Assembly (NCBI GenBank): GCA_903878805.1 | Contig: CAIRJF010000028.1 | Coordinates: 81,490 to 145,489, forward strand | DNA: 64,000 bases | Direction of reading: 5' to 3' | From: an uncultured Verrucomicrobia subdivision 3 bacterium | GTDB taxonomy: Bacteria; Verrucomicrobiota; Verrucomicrobiia; Limisphaerales; UBA11358 | Shown here: one piece after another, positions 28,695 to 37,288 of the stretch | Numbering within the stretch: the stretch's first letter is position 1 | How the letters are laid out: every line of letters begins with the position of its first letter | Position numbers and translations under genes: made by a program | Notes under the pieces: model-generated | Told to the model about the DNA's origin: nothing | Seen by the model: the letters and a program-made list of their open reading frames with translations, nothing else | Database searches by the model: none

Positions 28695-30149
28695 TTAGTT
28701 TTCTTGAAAAATTTTCGACTTTAATTTTTCGACGATTGCCTCTCCCACGCGCTCCTGAAATTCTTCAAGCAACGTCTGTGGCTCGGCCAGTTCGTCTTCA
28801 AACACTTCGCGCCCCATTGCCTGCTTGGCCGATTCAAGATGCTTCGGCGGCGGCACGATTTGCACCGGCTCATTGGCCTGCCCCCAAAATATTTCCGCTG
28901 CATCCTTCGACGCCCACCATGGATAGGAATAGGCAGCTTTCGCTTGGGCTGCAGTTTTTTCAGTCTTTGGCGTTAATTTTAGATCGTTATTTTGCACCGG
29001 CGAAGCCTGGGCGGAGATTTGTGATGCTTGCGTAAACACAACTTTTTGCGCCATGTTTGCCGAATGTTGATTGCGTAAATGGCCATATACTTTCATTGCC
29101 AGCGCGCCGCCGTCTTTGTGTCCGAGCCAACGGCTGACGGTCGGGATGTCCACGCCCGATTCTATGCAACTTGTGGCAAATAAATGGCGCAGGTCGTGAT
29201 GGGTAAATCGGACTACCCCAAGCACCTTGCAAGCGCGTGTGATTCCGCCCTGACATTCGCTGACGCGCATAACCACTGCGGACGGGTTTTCATTCGCGCG
29301 CTTGGCACGGAGCCGCTCCAAAAGCAGTCTGCAATCAGGAATCATAGGGACGCGGCGGGATTCGCTGTTCTTGGTTCCCGTGTCTGGATTTCCCCGCACA
29401 ACGATCTCGCCGCGTTCAAAATCGCAGTCACCCCAGGTCACATACGCCGCCTCACTTTTCACTCGCAAGCCAGTGTAGGCGAGAAATTCGACTAAATCCG
29501 CGCTGGCGAGCCCCGGACCAAAAGGAACACGGCGAATTTCTTGAACCAGCTCTTGAAATTGTTTTTGAGAGGGCAACGTCAATTCTTTCTTGTTCACCCG
29601 CACCCGTTTTAGATTTTGCGCCGGATTTCCGTAGCGAATACCATGTTCCACAGCGATGGCGAGAATGGCGCGCAAGACGATCAATGTATTGTTGTAATTG
29701 GTCGGACTGGCGTGCTTTGAGTATTTGGCGGCCCATTGACGACAATCGTTCTCACTTAATTTCCGGACATCCGTGGCATTGAGTTCCGGCCAGCTTTTCT
29801 GCATCGCGGTCAGCCGCTCCTTGTAATACGCTTTGGTTCGTGGTTTGAGGTTTGGCATTCCATCCAGACGTTCCACATATTCTTTGGCCACATCACGAAA
29901 AAATGCCGTTCCTTCAACCAAACTTTGCTGTCCCTCCAGTTTTGATCGTTCCTGCTTTTCCAAATCCGCCAATTTCAGCTTGGCAACGCTCAACACTTTT
30001 GTCTTTAAGCTTTGACGAATTAGCTTGCCGCCAACCCTGATTCGAGCAAAGTATTTGCCTGATGGTGCATATCGGATCAAGTTCGCGTAGGACGTTTTCT
30101 GCCACGACAATTCGTTTTTGTCAGGCGGAGGTGATTTTTCGCTTTTCAC
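28695..30149 (-). CDS. Tyrosine-type site-specific recombinase/integrase with ~112-aa C-terminal extension
   Basis: TGLR...HHDLRHLFAT...LGHKD...KVYGHL are the R/HxxR/Y catalytic motifs. A GTG start at 30149 is proposed because the only upstream ATGs lie inside or beyond the antisense tRNA gene. Confidence 0.8.
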   Translation of the reverse strand: MKSEKSPPPDKNELSWQKTSYANLIRYAPSGKYFARIRVGGKLIRQSLKTKVLSVAKLKLADLEKQERSKLEGQQSLVEGTAFFRDVAKEYVERLDGMPNLKPRTKAYYKERLTAMQKSWPELNATDVRKLSENDCRQWAAKYSKHASPTNYNNTLIVLRAILAIAVEHGIRYGNPAQNLKRVRVNKKELTLPSQKQFQELVQEIRRVPFGPGLASADLVEFLAYTGLRVKSEAAYVTWGDCDFERGEIVVRGNPDTGTKNSESRRVPMIPDCRLLLERLRAKRANENPSAVVMRVSECQGGITRACKVLGVVRFTHHDLRHLFATSCIESGVDIPTVSRWLGHKDGGALAMKVYGHLRNQHSANMAQKVVFTQASQISAQASPVQNNDLKLTPKTEKTAAQAKAAYSYPWWASKDAAEIFWGQANEPVQIVPPPKHLESAKQAMGREVFEDELAEPQTLLEEFQERVGEAIVEKLKSKIFQEN

Positions 30150-30229
30150 GCAGGCAGTATCAGATTGCAGTATCAAAAAGTCAAATTGCGAAATGCAAAC
30201 ACGGTGTAAGTTGTTGATAATAAGCGGTT

Positions 30230-30319
<90 letters not shown>

Positions 30320-30343
30320 TGGTTTGTTTTATCTGCGAAAAAT

Positions 30344-30357
30344 TTTATGCCCGAAAC
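30344..30357 (+). repeat. Direct repeat copy 1 (TTTATGCCCGAAAC)
   Basis: Identical 14-mer at 31328-31341. Similarity continues imperfectly for ~25 more nt. Confidence 0.8.
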
Positions 30358-30517
30358 GCGCCGCATTATTCCCGAAGAAGAGTCTGTCACGTTTCGGACT
30401 TACGCGAGCATGGTGCGGCAGGCCACCTGCGCCGTGAAAAATCTCATCCTCGCGATGAACGGCGAAAAACCCATCGCGCAGGTGAATTCCGAAGTGCCGG
30501 TGAAGAAAGTGGTTTGA
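30347..30517 (+). CDS. Small ORF (56 aa) whose 5' end mimics the Ldh_2 gene start; possible gene fragment or partner of the HNH gene
   Basis: MPETRRIIPEEE... versus MPETYYIIPKEK... at 31331. GC looks host-like by eye (not counted). The stop lies 9 nt (30518-30526) before the HNH ATG. Confidence 0.35.
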   Translation: MPETRRIIPEEESVTFRTYASMVRQATCAVKNLILAMNGEKPIAQVNSEVPVKKVV

Positions 30518-30526
30518 GTAGAACCA

Positions 30527-31327
30527 ATGACTGTCATGCGTTGCATTTTTTGCAAACAAAATTCAGATTCATGTGTTTCTGTTGAACACATCGTTCCTGA
30601 ATCGCTTGGCAATACGGAACACATTTTGCCGAAAGGCTGGGTTTGTGATTCATGTAACAACTATCTTGCAAGCAAAGTTGAGCAGCCGTTTATGGAGTCA
30701 CTTTTTGGGCGTAATTCACGCTTTTGGATGCAAGTGCCAAATAAAAAAGGCCGCGTCCCATCTGTGATTGGTTTATATCCCAAATTAAGAACAAAAGTAG
30801 AATTGTTCCAAGCTGGTGCTGGCAAATTGCTAGTAGGTGCTACGAGCGTGGAAGACAGAACAAAATTGGATGATTCATTAGAGAAAAATCCGAATGGAAA
30901 TTTTTATGTGCCAGTGACTGATCTTCCAGATAGCGATTATGTGACTTCCCGTTTCATCGCAAAAATCGGTTTAGAAATTTTAGCTCACCGTTGCCTCATA
31001 AATCCTGATTGGAATAAAGATCTTGTTGAAATGCCTGAACTGGATGAGCTGAGAGCGTATGTTCGTCGAGGAAACCCCAATCTTATTTGGCCAATAAATA
31101 TCCGCCGAATTTACAAACAAGACTTTCTTTTTGCAGATGCAGAATGCAGTGGCTATGAGGTGCTACACGAATTTGATATTTTGGTTACTGAAAGAAATGA
31201 GTTTTACGCGGTTATAGCTATTTTTGGCGTTGAGTTTGTAATCAATTTAGGTGGGCCTGAACTTGACGGTTATCATAGTTGGTTCAAAAACAACAAAGGC
31301 CAAAGTCCGCTCTATAAAACAAATTAA
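30527..31327 (+). CDS. HNH endonuclease-domain protein with uncharacterised C-terminal domain (low GC)
   Basis: CIFCKQ...SVEHIVPESLGN...WVCDSCNN is a CxxC...EH..P...CxxCN HNH zinc-finger nuclease signature. ~40% GC on sample lines against ~60-65% in the flanks. Confidence 0.8.
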   Translation: MTVMRCIFCKQNSDSCVSVEHIVPESLGNTEHILPKGWVCDSCNNYLASKVEQPFMESLFGRNSRFWMQVPNKKGRVPSVIGLYPKLRTKVELFQAGAGKLLVGATSVEDRTKLDDSLEKNPNGNFYVPVTDLPDSDYVTSRFIAKIGLEILAHRCLINPDWNKDLVEMPELDELRAYVRRGNPNLIWPINIRRIYKQDFLFADAECSGYEVLHEFDILVTERNEFYAVIAIFGVEFVINLGGPELDGYHSWFKNNKGQSPLYKTN

Positions 31328-31341
31328 TTTATGCCCGAAAC
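31328..31341 (+). repeat. Direct repeat copy 2 (TTTATGCCCGAAAC)
   Basis: Identical to 30344-30357. It spans the start codon of the Ldh_2-family gene. Confidence 0.8.
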
Positions 31342-32428
31342 CTACTACATCATTCCCAAAGAAAAACACGATTCACTCGTCACGAAGGCTTATTTGAAAC
31401 GCGGTTACGATGCCGCCGAGGCCGCCGCCGGCGCGCGGTTCTGCGCCAGCGCTGCGTATTACGGCATCCGCACGCACAACGCCATCAAGGCGCTGCACCT
31501 CGACGAATTGTTCGGCAGCAAGGTCGGCCGCTGGACGCCCGGCGCCAAGATCGAGAAGCTGCCGTCGCGCTTCGCCGCCGCCGAAATCTGGAACGGCCAC
31601 AACAAGCTCGGTCAGGCCGTCGCCTACGAGGCGATGGACACCTGCATGAAGCTCGCCGACAAATTCGGCGTGGGCATGGTCAGCGTGGACAACGCGACGC
31701 ATTATCTCTGGGGCGGCGGTTACGTCATGGACGCCGCGCTCAAGGGCTATCTCGCCTACACGAACTGCACGTCGGCCACGTCCGAAGTCGTGCCGTTCGG
31801 CGGCAAGACGCCGACGATGGGCACGAACCCGCATTCGTGGGCGTTCCCGACGCAGGACGCGATCGGTTTTCCCATTGTGATTGATTGGGCGACCTCGACC
31901 ATCGCGATGGGCCGCGTGCAAGTGATGAAACGCGAGGGCAAACAACTCGCGCCCGGTTGCGCCGTGGATGCCGAGGGCAATCCAACGACCGATCCGAACA
32001 AAGCCGTCGCGTTGCTGCCGTTCGGCGCGCACAAAGGCTACGGACTTGGTTTGATTGACGAACTTTACGCGGGTTACATCGGCGGTTCGCTGCCGGAAAT
32101 CCGCGGCACATCGCGCGGCGGCGACGGCGAAAAGCGCGGCTCGACGTTTTATTTTCAAGTCATCCATCCCGACGCGATGCGCGGCAACGACTACGTCAAA
32201 GGCCGTTCGCAAATCCAGAACGTGAAGGCGATCATCGAAGACGTGCTGGGTCACGGCAACGAGAAGTGCATGTTGCCCGGCCAGCCAGAAGCGCGCTGGG
32301 GCGCGTTGTCGAAACAGCACAACGGTTTGCTTTTCACCAAAGCTGAGATTGAAGAACTGAATCACCTCGCGCACGAAGTCGGTGAAGCCGCGTGGAATTT
32401 GAGTGAATTCAAATCAGTGCAGGTTTGA
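31331..32428 (+). CDS. Ldh_2-family (malate/L-lactate/sulfolactate-type) NAD(P)-dependent dehydrogenase
   Basis: TNPHSWAFP and LPFGAHKGYGLGLIDELYAG are characteristic Ldh_2 motifs. Confidence 0.75.
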   Translation: MPETYYIIPKEKHDSLVTKAYLKRGYDAAEAAAGARFCASAAYYGIRTHNAIKALHLDELFGSKVGRWTPGAKIEKLPSRFAAAEIWNGHNKLGQAVAYEAMDTCMKLADKFGVGMVSVDNATHYLWGGGYVMDAALKGYLAYTNCTSATSEVVPFGGKTPTMGTNPHSWAFPTQDAIGFPIVIDWATSTIAMGRVQVMKREGKQLAPGCAVDAEGNPTTDPNKAVALLPFGAHKGYGLGLIDELYAGYIGGSLPEIRGTSRGGDGEKRGSTFYFQVIHPDAMRGNDYVKGRSQIQNVKAIIEDVLGHGNEKCMLPGQPEARWGALSKQHNGLLFTKAEIEELNHLAHEVGEAAWNLSEFKSVQV

Positions 32429-32461
32429 ATCTTGCCGATATTTTTTCTGAACTGAAATGCC

Positions 32462-32497
32462 AAGCGGCCTTCGGAAACGAAGGCCGCTTTTATGTTT
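32462..32497 (+). terminator. Rho-independent terminator
   Basis: Perfect 12-bp stem AAGCGGCCTTCG-GAAA-CGAAGGCCGCTT followed by TTATGTTT. It lies between convergent genes. Confidence 0.7.
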
Positions 32498-32604
32498 GCC
32501 GCCACAGCTGCGAGCTGCGGTCAGTTCAACATTTCCCATCTTGACGTTTGAATGGAATGCAAACAAGGCCGGACCCAAAATCTGACCAAGCACGCCGCGG
32601 GCTT

Positions 32605-33510
32605 TCAAGAAGCTGACCAAAGTTTTTTCGGATAATCGCCCTTGGCAATCAGCTTGCGGATGCTCTCGACGACTTGCGGGCGGTCTTCGCGGTAGGTGAC
32701 GCCGAACCACGAGTCGGCCGAGCGCAGCACTTTGCACTTGGCGCGGCCGCTGGTCACGAGGTCGCCCACGGTGGCAGGGATGTAGCACTCGGATTTCTGT
32801 TCGCCGCCAGCCTTCGCCAAAAACTTCTCGAACTCCACGCGAAGCTGCGGGAACAGCGCGGGCGTGAAACCCCAAAAATTCATGGAGACCGCCTCGTCGC
32901 CGGTGAGCTTGGTAATCTTGCCGTCGGCCTCGGTGTTCTTTGCGCCGCTGCCATCCGGCTCGATCTTCATCATCTCGACGATGTTTGTGAGATAATTGTT
33001 GGCGTCCACGCGGGAGACGCCGCGTGCCACGCTGCCGTGGGCGGACAGCGTGTTTTTCAAAATGAAACCAACCATCGCGTAGTCCGGCGTGCCGCTCGTG
33101 AGATGTTGCGTGAGAACTTTGTAGGCCTGCTGGCCGTAAAAATCGTCGGCGTTGATGGCGGCAAAATTTTCTTTGACCACGTTTTCAGCCATTAAAATCG
33201 CGTGCGTCGTGCCCCACGGCTTGGTGCGACCGGCGGGCAGCGTGTAGGGCGCGGGCAACTTGTCGAGTTCTTGAAAAACGTATTCGACGGCGATGCGCTG
33301 CTCGAAGCGCGCGCCGACGATTTCGCGGAACTGCTGTTCAATGTCCTTGCGGATGACGAACACGAGCTTGCCGAAACCGGCGCGCATGGCGTCAAAAATG
33401 GAGTAGTCAATAATGGTCTCGCCGTTCGGGCCAACGGGATCAATTTGTTTGAGTCCGCCATAGCGGCTGCCCATGCCGGCGGCGAGAACGAGCAAAGTCG
33501 GTTTAGTCAT
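32605..33510 (-). CDS. Sugar-phosphate nucleotidyltransferase (NTP_transferase superfamily)
   Basis: MTKPTLLVLAAGMGSRYGGLKQ is the G-x-G-(S/T)-R signature. The ATG at 33510 is chosen over the longer ORF. Confidence 0.7.
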   Translation of the reverse strand: MTKPTLLVLAAGMGSRYGGLKQIDPVGPNGETIIDYSIFDAMRAGFGKLVFVIRKDIEQQFREIVGARFEQRIAVEYVFQELDKLPAPYTLPAGRTKPWGTTHAILMAENVVKENFAAINADDFYGQQAYKVLTQHLTSGTPDYAMVGFILKNTLSAHGSVARGVSRVDANNYLTNIVEMMKIEPDGSGAKNTEADGKITKLTGDEAVSMNFWGFTPALFPQLRVEFEKFLAKAGGEQKSECYIPATVGDLVTSGRAKCKVLRSADSWFGVTYREDRPQVVESIRKLIAKGDYPKKLWSAS

Positions 33511-33677
33511 ACACCCGCATTTTAATTTTTCGCGCGCGGCTGTCGAGGAAATGTGCGCGGTGATTGGCGGCGGAATGGTGTCTTGAAATAAAGTCAGCAA
33601 TGGATATGCTTTGATCAAAAGTGGACATTCCCCTTTTTTGGAAATCAGTTAAACATATCTTTGAACATTCAAGCCAT

Positions 33678-33692
33678 CACGGGCGGCCCGTG
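33678..33692. promoter_or_regulatory. Perfect 15-nt palindrome CACGGGCGGCCCGTG in a divergent intergenic region
   Basis: Read directly from the sequence, 32 nt upstream of the epimerase start. Candidate operator. Confidence 0.25.
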
Positions 33693-33723
33693 CGGGTGAG
33701 TCGAGCCAAACAAAAATAATTTT

Positions 33724-34773
33724 ATGGAACATACCAAACGCGTCGTTGAAAAAGACGCTCCTCTGAAAAAGGACGACCTGATCGTCATCACCGGTGCCGG
33801 TGGCTTCATCGGCGGCAACCTCGCCCTTTACTTCAAGAAAAAGGGCTTTACCAACATCCGCGCGGTGGACAAGAAGCCGCTGTATGAATGGTATCTGCAT
33901 GTTCCCGGCGTTGAGAATTTGTGCCTCGACGTGAGCAACGAGGCGAATTGCCATCGCGTGTGCGAAGGCGCGGTGGAAGTTTACAACCTCGCCGCCGACA
34001 TGGGCGGTATGGGTTTCATCGAACGTTTTCGCGTCGAATGCCTGCGCTCGATTCTCATCAACACGAACATGGTTGAGGCCGCCTACAAGGCGGGCGCGCG
34101 CCGTTATTTCTTTTCATCGTCGGCCTGCGCTTACAACACGCTGCTGCAAAAAGATCCGAAGGTTCGCGCGCTCAAGGAGTCCGACGCGTATCCCGCGATG
34201 GCCGAACGCGGCTACGGCTGGGAGAAGCTGGTTTCCGAAATGTTCTGCGAGGAATATTGGCACGAGCGCGGCATGAAAACTTTCATTGCGCGTTTCCACA
34301 ACGTCTATGGTCCGAACGGAACGTGGGACGGTGGCCGCGAAAAAGCGCCCGCCGCGATGTGCCGCAAAATGATCGAGGCCATTGATAAGAAAGATTTGAG
34401 CATCAACATCTGGGGTAACGGCGAACAGACGCGCAGCTTCATGTATATTGACGATTGTGTGAAGGGCATCGACATGATTACGCATTGCGATGAACTCGTG
34501 GCGACGCCGATTAACCTTGGTTCGAGCGAACTCGTTTCCATCAACACGCTCGTGAGCAAGGTGGAAAAAATCGCGGGCAAGAAATTGAAACGCTCCTACA
34601 ACTTGAACGCGCCGCAAGGCGTCGCCGGGCGCAACTCGGACAACACGTTCATCAAAAAAGTTCTCAAGTGGGAACCCAGCACGCCCTTGGACAAAGGTCT
34701 GGCGATTACCTACAAGTGGATCAACGGCCAGTATCAGGCGCGCAAACAGGGCAAGCGCGTGGGCATCGGCTGA
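33724..34773 (+). CDS. NAD-dependent sugar-nucleotide epimerase/dehydratase (GDP-mannose 3,5-epimerase-like)
   Basis: ITGAGGFIGGNLA Rossmann motif. FFSSSACAY and the YGWEK catalytic region resemble the GME family. Confidence 0.65.
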   Translation: MEHTKRVVEKDAPLKKDDLIVITGAGGFIGGNLALYFKKKGFTNIRAVDKKPLYEWYLHVPGVENLCLDVSNEANCHRVCEGAVEVYNLAADMGGMGFIERFRVECLRSILINTNMVEAAYKAGARRYFFSSSACAYNTLLQKDPKVRALKESDAYPAMAERGYGWEKLVSEMFCEEYWHERGMKTFIARFHNVYGPNGTWDGGREKAPAAMCRKMIEAIDKKDLSINIWGNGEQTRSFMYIDDCVKGIDMITHCDELVATPINLGSSELVSINTLVSKVEKIAGKKLKRSYNLNAPQGVAGRNSDNTFIKKVLKWEPSTPLDKGLAITYKWINGQYQARKQGKRVGIG

Positions 34774-34855
34774 TAAACTTCCTGATTCCCCGGTCGGAAC
34801 TTCCGGCCGGGGAATTTTCTTTTGCGCAACGTTGTTTCTAGGTGGCGCGCTTTTC

Positions 34856-35650
34856 ATGAAACTTTCTCCGGTCCAAAAACTTCTCGGCTTCATTCCCAAC
34901 CGCCTGCAACTCGCGGGCGGCTGGATTGACCAGCCGTTCGTCTCGCGCCACAACCCCAAGCCGCCCGGTTCGATGGTCGTGGTGCAGATCGAACCGGATT
35001 TTCGCCCGATGGATCGCAGTGGCATCGCCAGCGGCACGCGCCACATCGCGATGAAATTGTGGAAAGGTAAATTACCCAATCGTCCCCTTGATGAATTGGT
35101 GCGCGAACTTTACGACGCGGAAAATCGCGGCAAAAAAAATCCCAGTGGCTCGCAGGACATGATTGGCCTGGTTTATCCGGGCGTGAATCGGCTGGATTAC
35201 GATTTCAAAATTCACGGCGGCGTTTTTACTTCGCATATCGAATCTTGCAATTCGCCGCGCGTGGCCAAATGGTTGAGCTACGTCTTGCATTTGATTCCAG
35301 TTGAGCCTCGGCCGAACGGCTATTCGCCGCTCGGCGTAAAAAATCTATCACCCGCTTGGGTTGCCAAACTTGGCCAATCTGGTCAGGACTGCTACCAAGC
35401 GATTGTGAAAATGGACGCTAAAAAACTGGGTGCGTCATTAAATCTCACGATGCAATGTTGGGAAAAATTGCTGCCGCACGTCGTCCGCCATCCGGCGTTG
35501 CGCGTGGATTTGCTGCCGATTTTACAGGCGTATCAAAAACAATATCTCGGCGCGATGTATTCCGGATGCGGCGGCGGTTACTTGATTGTAGTTTCTGAAA
35601 AACCAGTGCCGGGAGCTTTCCAAGTCAATGTCCGTGTCGCCCAAAAATAA
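34856..35650 (+). CDS. GHMP-family sugar kinase (fucokinase/heptose-kinase-like)
   Basis: RLQLAGGWIDQP, PSGSQDMIGLVYPG and SGCGGGYLIVV resemble the AGGW(T/S)D, GxQDQ and GAGGGG motifs of the fucokinase/HddA subfamily. Shorter than typical members. Confidence 0.55.
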   Translation: MKLSPVQKLLGFIPNRLQLAGGWIDQPFVSRHNPKPPGSMVVVQIEPDFRPMDRSGIASGTRHIAMKLWKGKLPNRPLDELVRELYDAENRGKKNPSGSQDMIGLVYPGVNRLDYDFKIHGGVFTSHIESCNSPRVAKWLSYVLHLIPVEPRPNGYSPLGVKNLSPAWVAKLGQSGQDCYQAIVKMDAKKLGASLNLTMQCWEKLLPHVVRHPALRVDLLPILQAYQKQYLGAMYSGCGGGYLIVVSEKPVPGAFQVNVRVAQK

Positions 35651-35652
35651 AT

Positions 35653-37287
35653 ATGAAACTGAATCAAATCAAATTCGCTGCACTACTGCTCGGTCTGTCA
35701 CTCGGCACGGTCACGGCACAAACTAATTCGTTGCAACTACCGCCGATTGCGAGTGGGCCGTTCAAGGCGGATTGGAATTCGCTGACGAATTATCAGACGC
35801 CAGAATGGTTTCGCGATGCAAAGTTCGGCATCTGGGCGCACTGGGGTCCGCAATGTGAACCAGAGCATGGCGATTGGTATGCGCGCAGTATGTATCAGCA
35901 GGGCAGCGCCGATTACAAATCGCACCTCGCAGAATACGGCCATCCGTCCACGAACGGTTTTAAGGATGTAATTCACGAATGGAAGGCGGCAAATTTTAAT
36001 CCCGACAAGCTGCTGAAATTTTACAAGGAAAACGGCGCGAAATATTTCATGGCGCTCGCGAACCACCACGACAATTTCGATTTGTTCGATTCTAAATACC
36101 AGCCGTGGAATTCCGTGGCGCTCGGCCCGCAAAAAGATTTGATCGGCGGCTGGGCGGCGGCGGCGCGGAAAAACGGACTACGCTTTGGCGTGAGCGTCCA
36201 CGCCTCGCATGCGTGGTCATGGTATGAACCGGCGCAGGGCGCGGATACCAACGGTCCGCTCGCTGGCGTGCCTTACGATGGCAAATTGACGAAGGCCGCC
36301 GGCAAGGGACTTTGGTGGGACGGGCTCGATCCGCAGGAACTTTACGCGCAGAGCCACCAGCCCGGCACCAAGCTGGAATTTCGCTGGGATCCCGCCAAGG
36401 GCAGCAGCACGCCGGACGCCGCCTATATGGAAAAATTTTTCAAGCGCACAAAGCAGCTTTGGGAGGATTATCATCCCGACCAGATTTATTTTGATGACAG
36501 CGTGCTGCCGTTTCACGGCGTCTCGGATGAAGTGGGGTTGAACCTCGCCGCGCATTTTTACAACTCCAGCATCAAGCTGCACGGCCAAAACGAAGCCGTG
36601 ATGAACAACAAAGGGCTGAACGAAACGCAGCGCGAGGCGATGGTCTATGACATCGAACGCGGCAAGGCCGAAAGCATTTTGCCGCAGCCGTGGCAGACGG
36701 ACACCTGCATCGGCTCGTGGCATTATGATCAGGCGATTTTCCAGCGGCACGGTTACAAATCCGCCGCGTCCGTTGTGCGGATGCTCGCGGACATCGTCAG
36801 CAAAAATGGCAATCTCATGTTGAGCGTGCCGCTGCAACGCGACGGCCAGCCGGACGCGGATGAAATCAAAATCGTCAGTGAAATCGGCGCGTGGTTGCGC
36901 GTGAATGGCGAGGCGATTTACGCGACGCGCCCGTGGAAAACTTTTGGCGAAGGGCCGTCCACGGTCGTCGCGGAAAAAGGTCATTTCGGCGGCCAGACCG
37001 ACGTGCAAAAAAAACCGTTCACGCCGGAAGATATTCGTTTTACGCAATCGAAAGACGGCAAAACTCTTTACGCCATCGTGCTGGAAATTCCGAAAGATGG
37101 CAAAGTCACCATCAAATCGCTCGCGAGCAATTCCGCGAACTGGCCGGGCCAAATCGGCAGCGTGCGTTTAGTAGGCGGCAGTTGGTGGAGCAAATTGAAA
37201 TTCACGCGCGATGAAAATGGACTCCACGTTTCGCTGCCGGAGAAATTCAGCGGCAAAATTGCCTTCGCTTTGAAAATTAAATCTTAA
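35653..37287 (+). CDS. GH29 alpha-L-fucosidase, secreted
   Basis: Signal peptide. WFRDAKFGIWAHWGP, YFMALANHHDNFDLFDS and PWQTDTCIG are GH29 hallmarks. Confidence 0.85.
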   Translation: MKLNQIKFAALLLGLSLGTVTAQTNSLQLPPIASGPFKADWNSLTNYQTPEWFRDAKFGIWAHWGPQCEPEHGDWYARSMYQQGSADYKSHLAEYGHPSTNGFKDVIHEWKAANFNPDKLLKFYKENGAKYFMALANHHDNFDLFDSKYQPWNSVALGPQKDLIGGWAAAARKNGLRFGVSVHASHAWSWYEPAQGADTNGPLAGVPYDGKLTKAAGKGLWWDGLDPQELYAQSHQPGTKLEFRWDPAKGSSTPDAAYMEKFFKRTKQLWEDYHPDQIYFDDSVLPFHGVSDEVGLNLAAHFYNSSIKLHGQNEAVMNNKGLNETQREAMVYDIERGKAESILPQPWQTDTCIGSWHYDQAIFQRHGYKSAASVVRMLADIVSKNGNLMLSVPLQRDGQPDADEIKIVSEIGAWLRVNGEAIYATRPWKTFGEGPSTVVAEKGHFGGQTDVQKKPFTPEDIRFTQSKDGKTLYAIVLEIPKDGKVTIKSLASNSANWPGQIGSVRLVGGSWWSKLKFTRDENGLHVSLPEKFSGKIAFALKIKS

Positions 37288-37288
37288 A

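Noticed and set aside
28392-28724. 110-aa + strand ORF, together with a 49-aa ORF (28300-28449) and the 28099-28446 minus-strand ORF, in the integrase-proximal gap.
   Set aside because: The 110-aa frame is extremely basic and low-complexity and overlaps the integrase 3' end. The minus-strand ORF overlaps the preceding gene by 150 nt. None has motifs. The region is kept as a non-coding or structured-element candidate instead.
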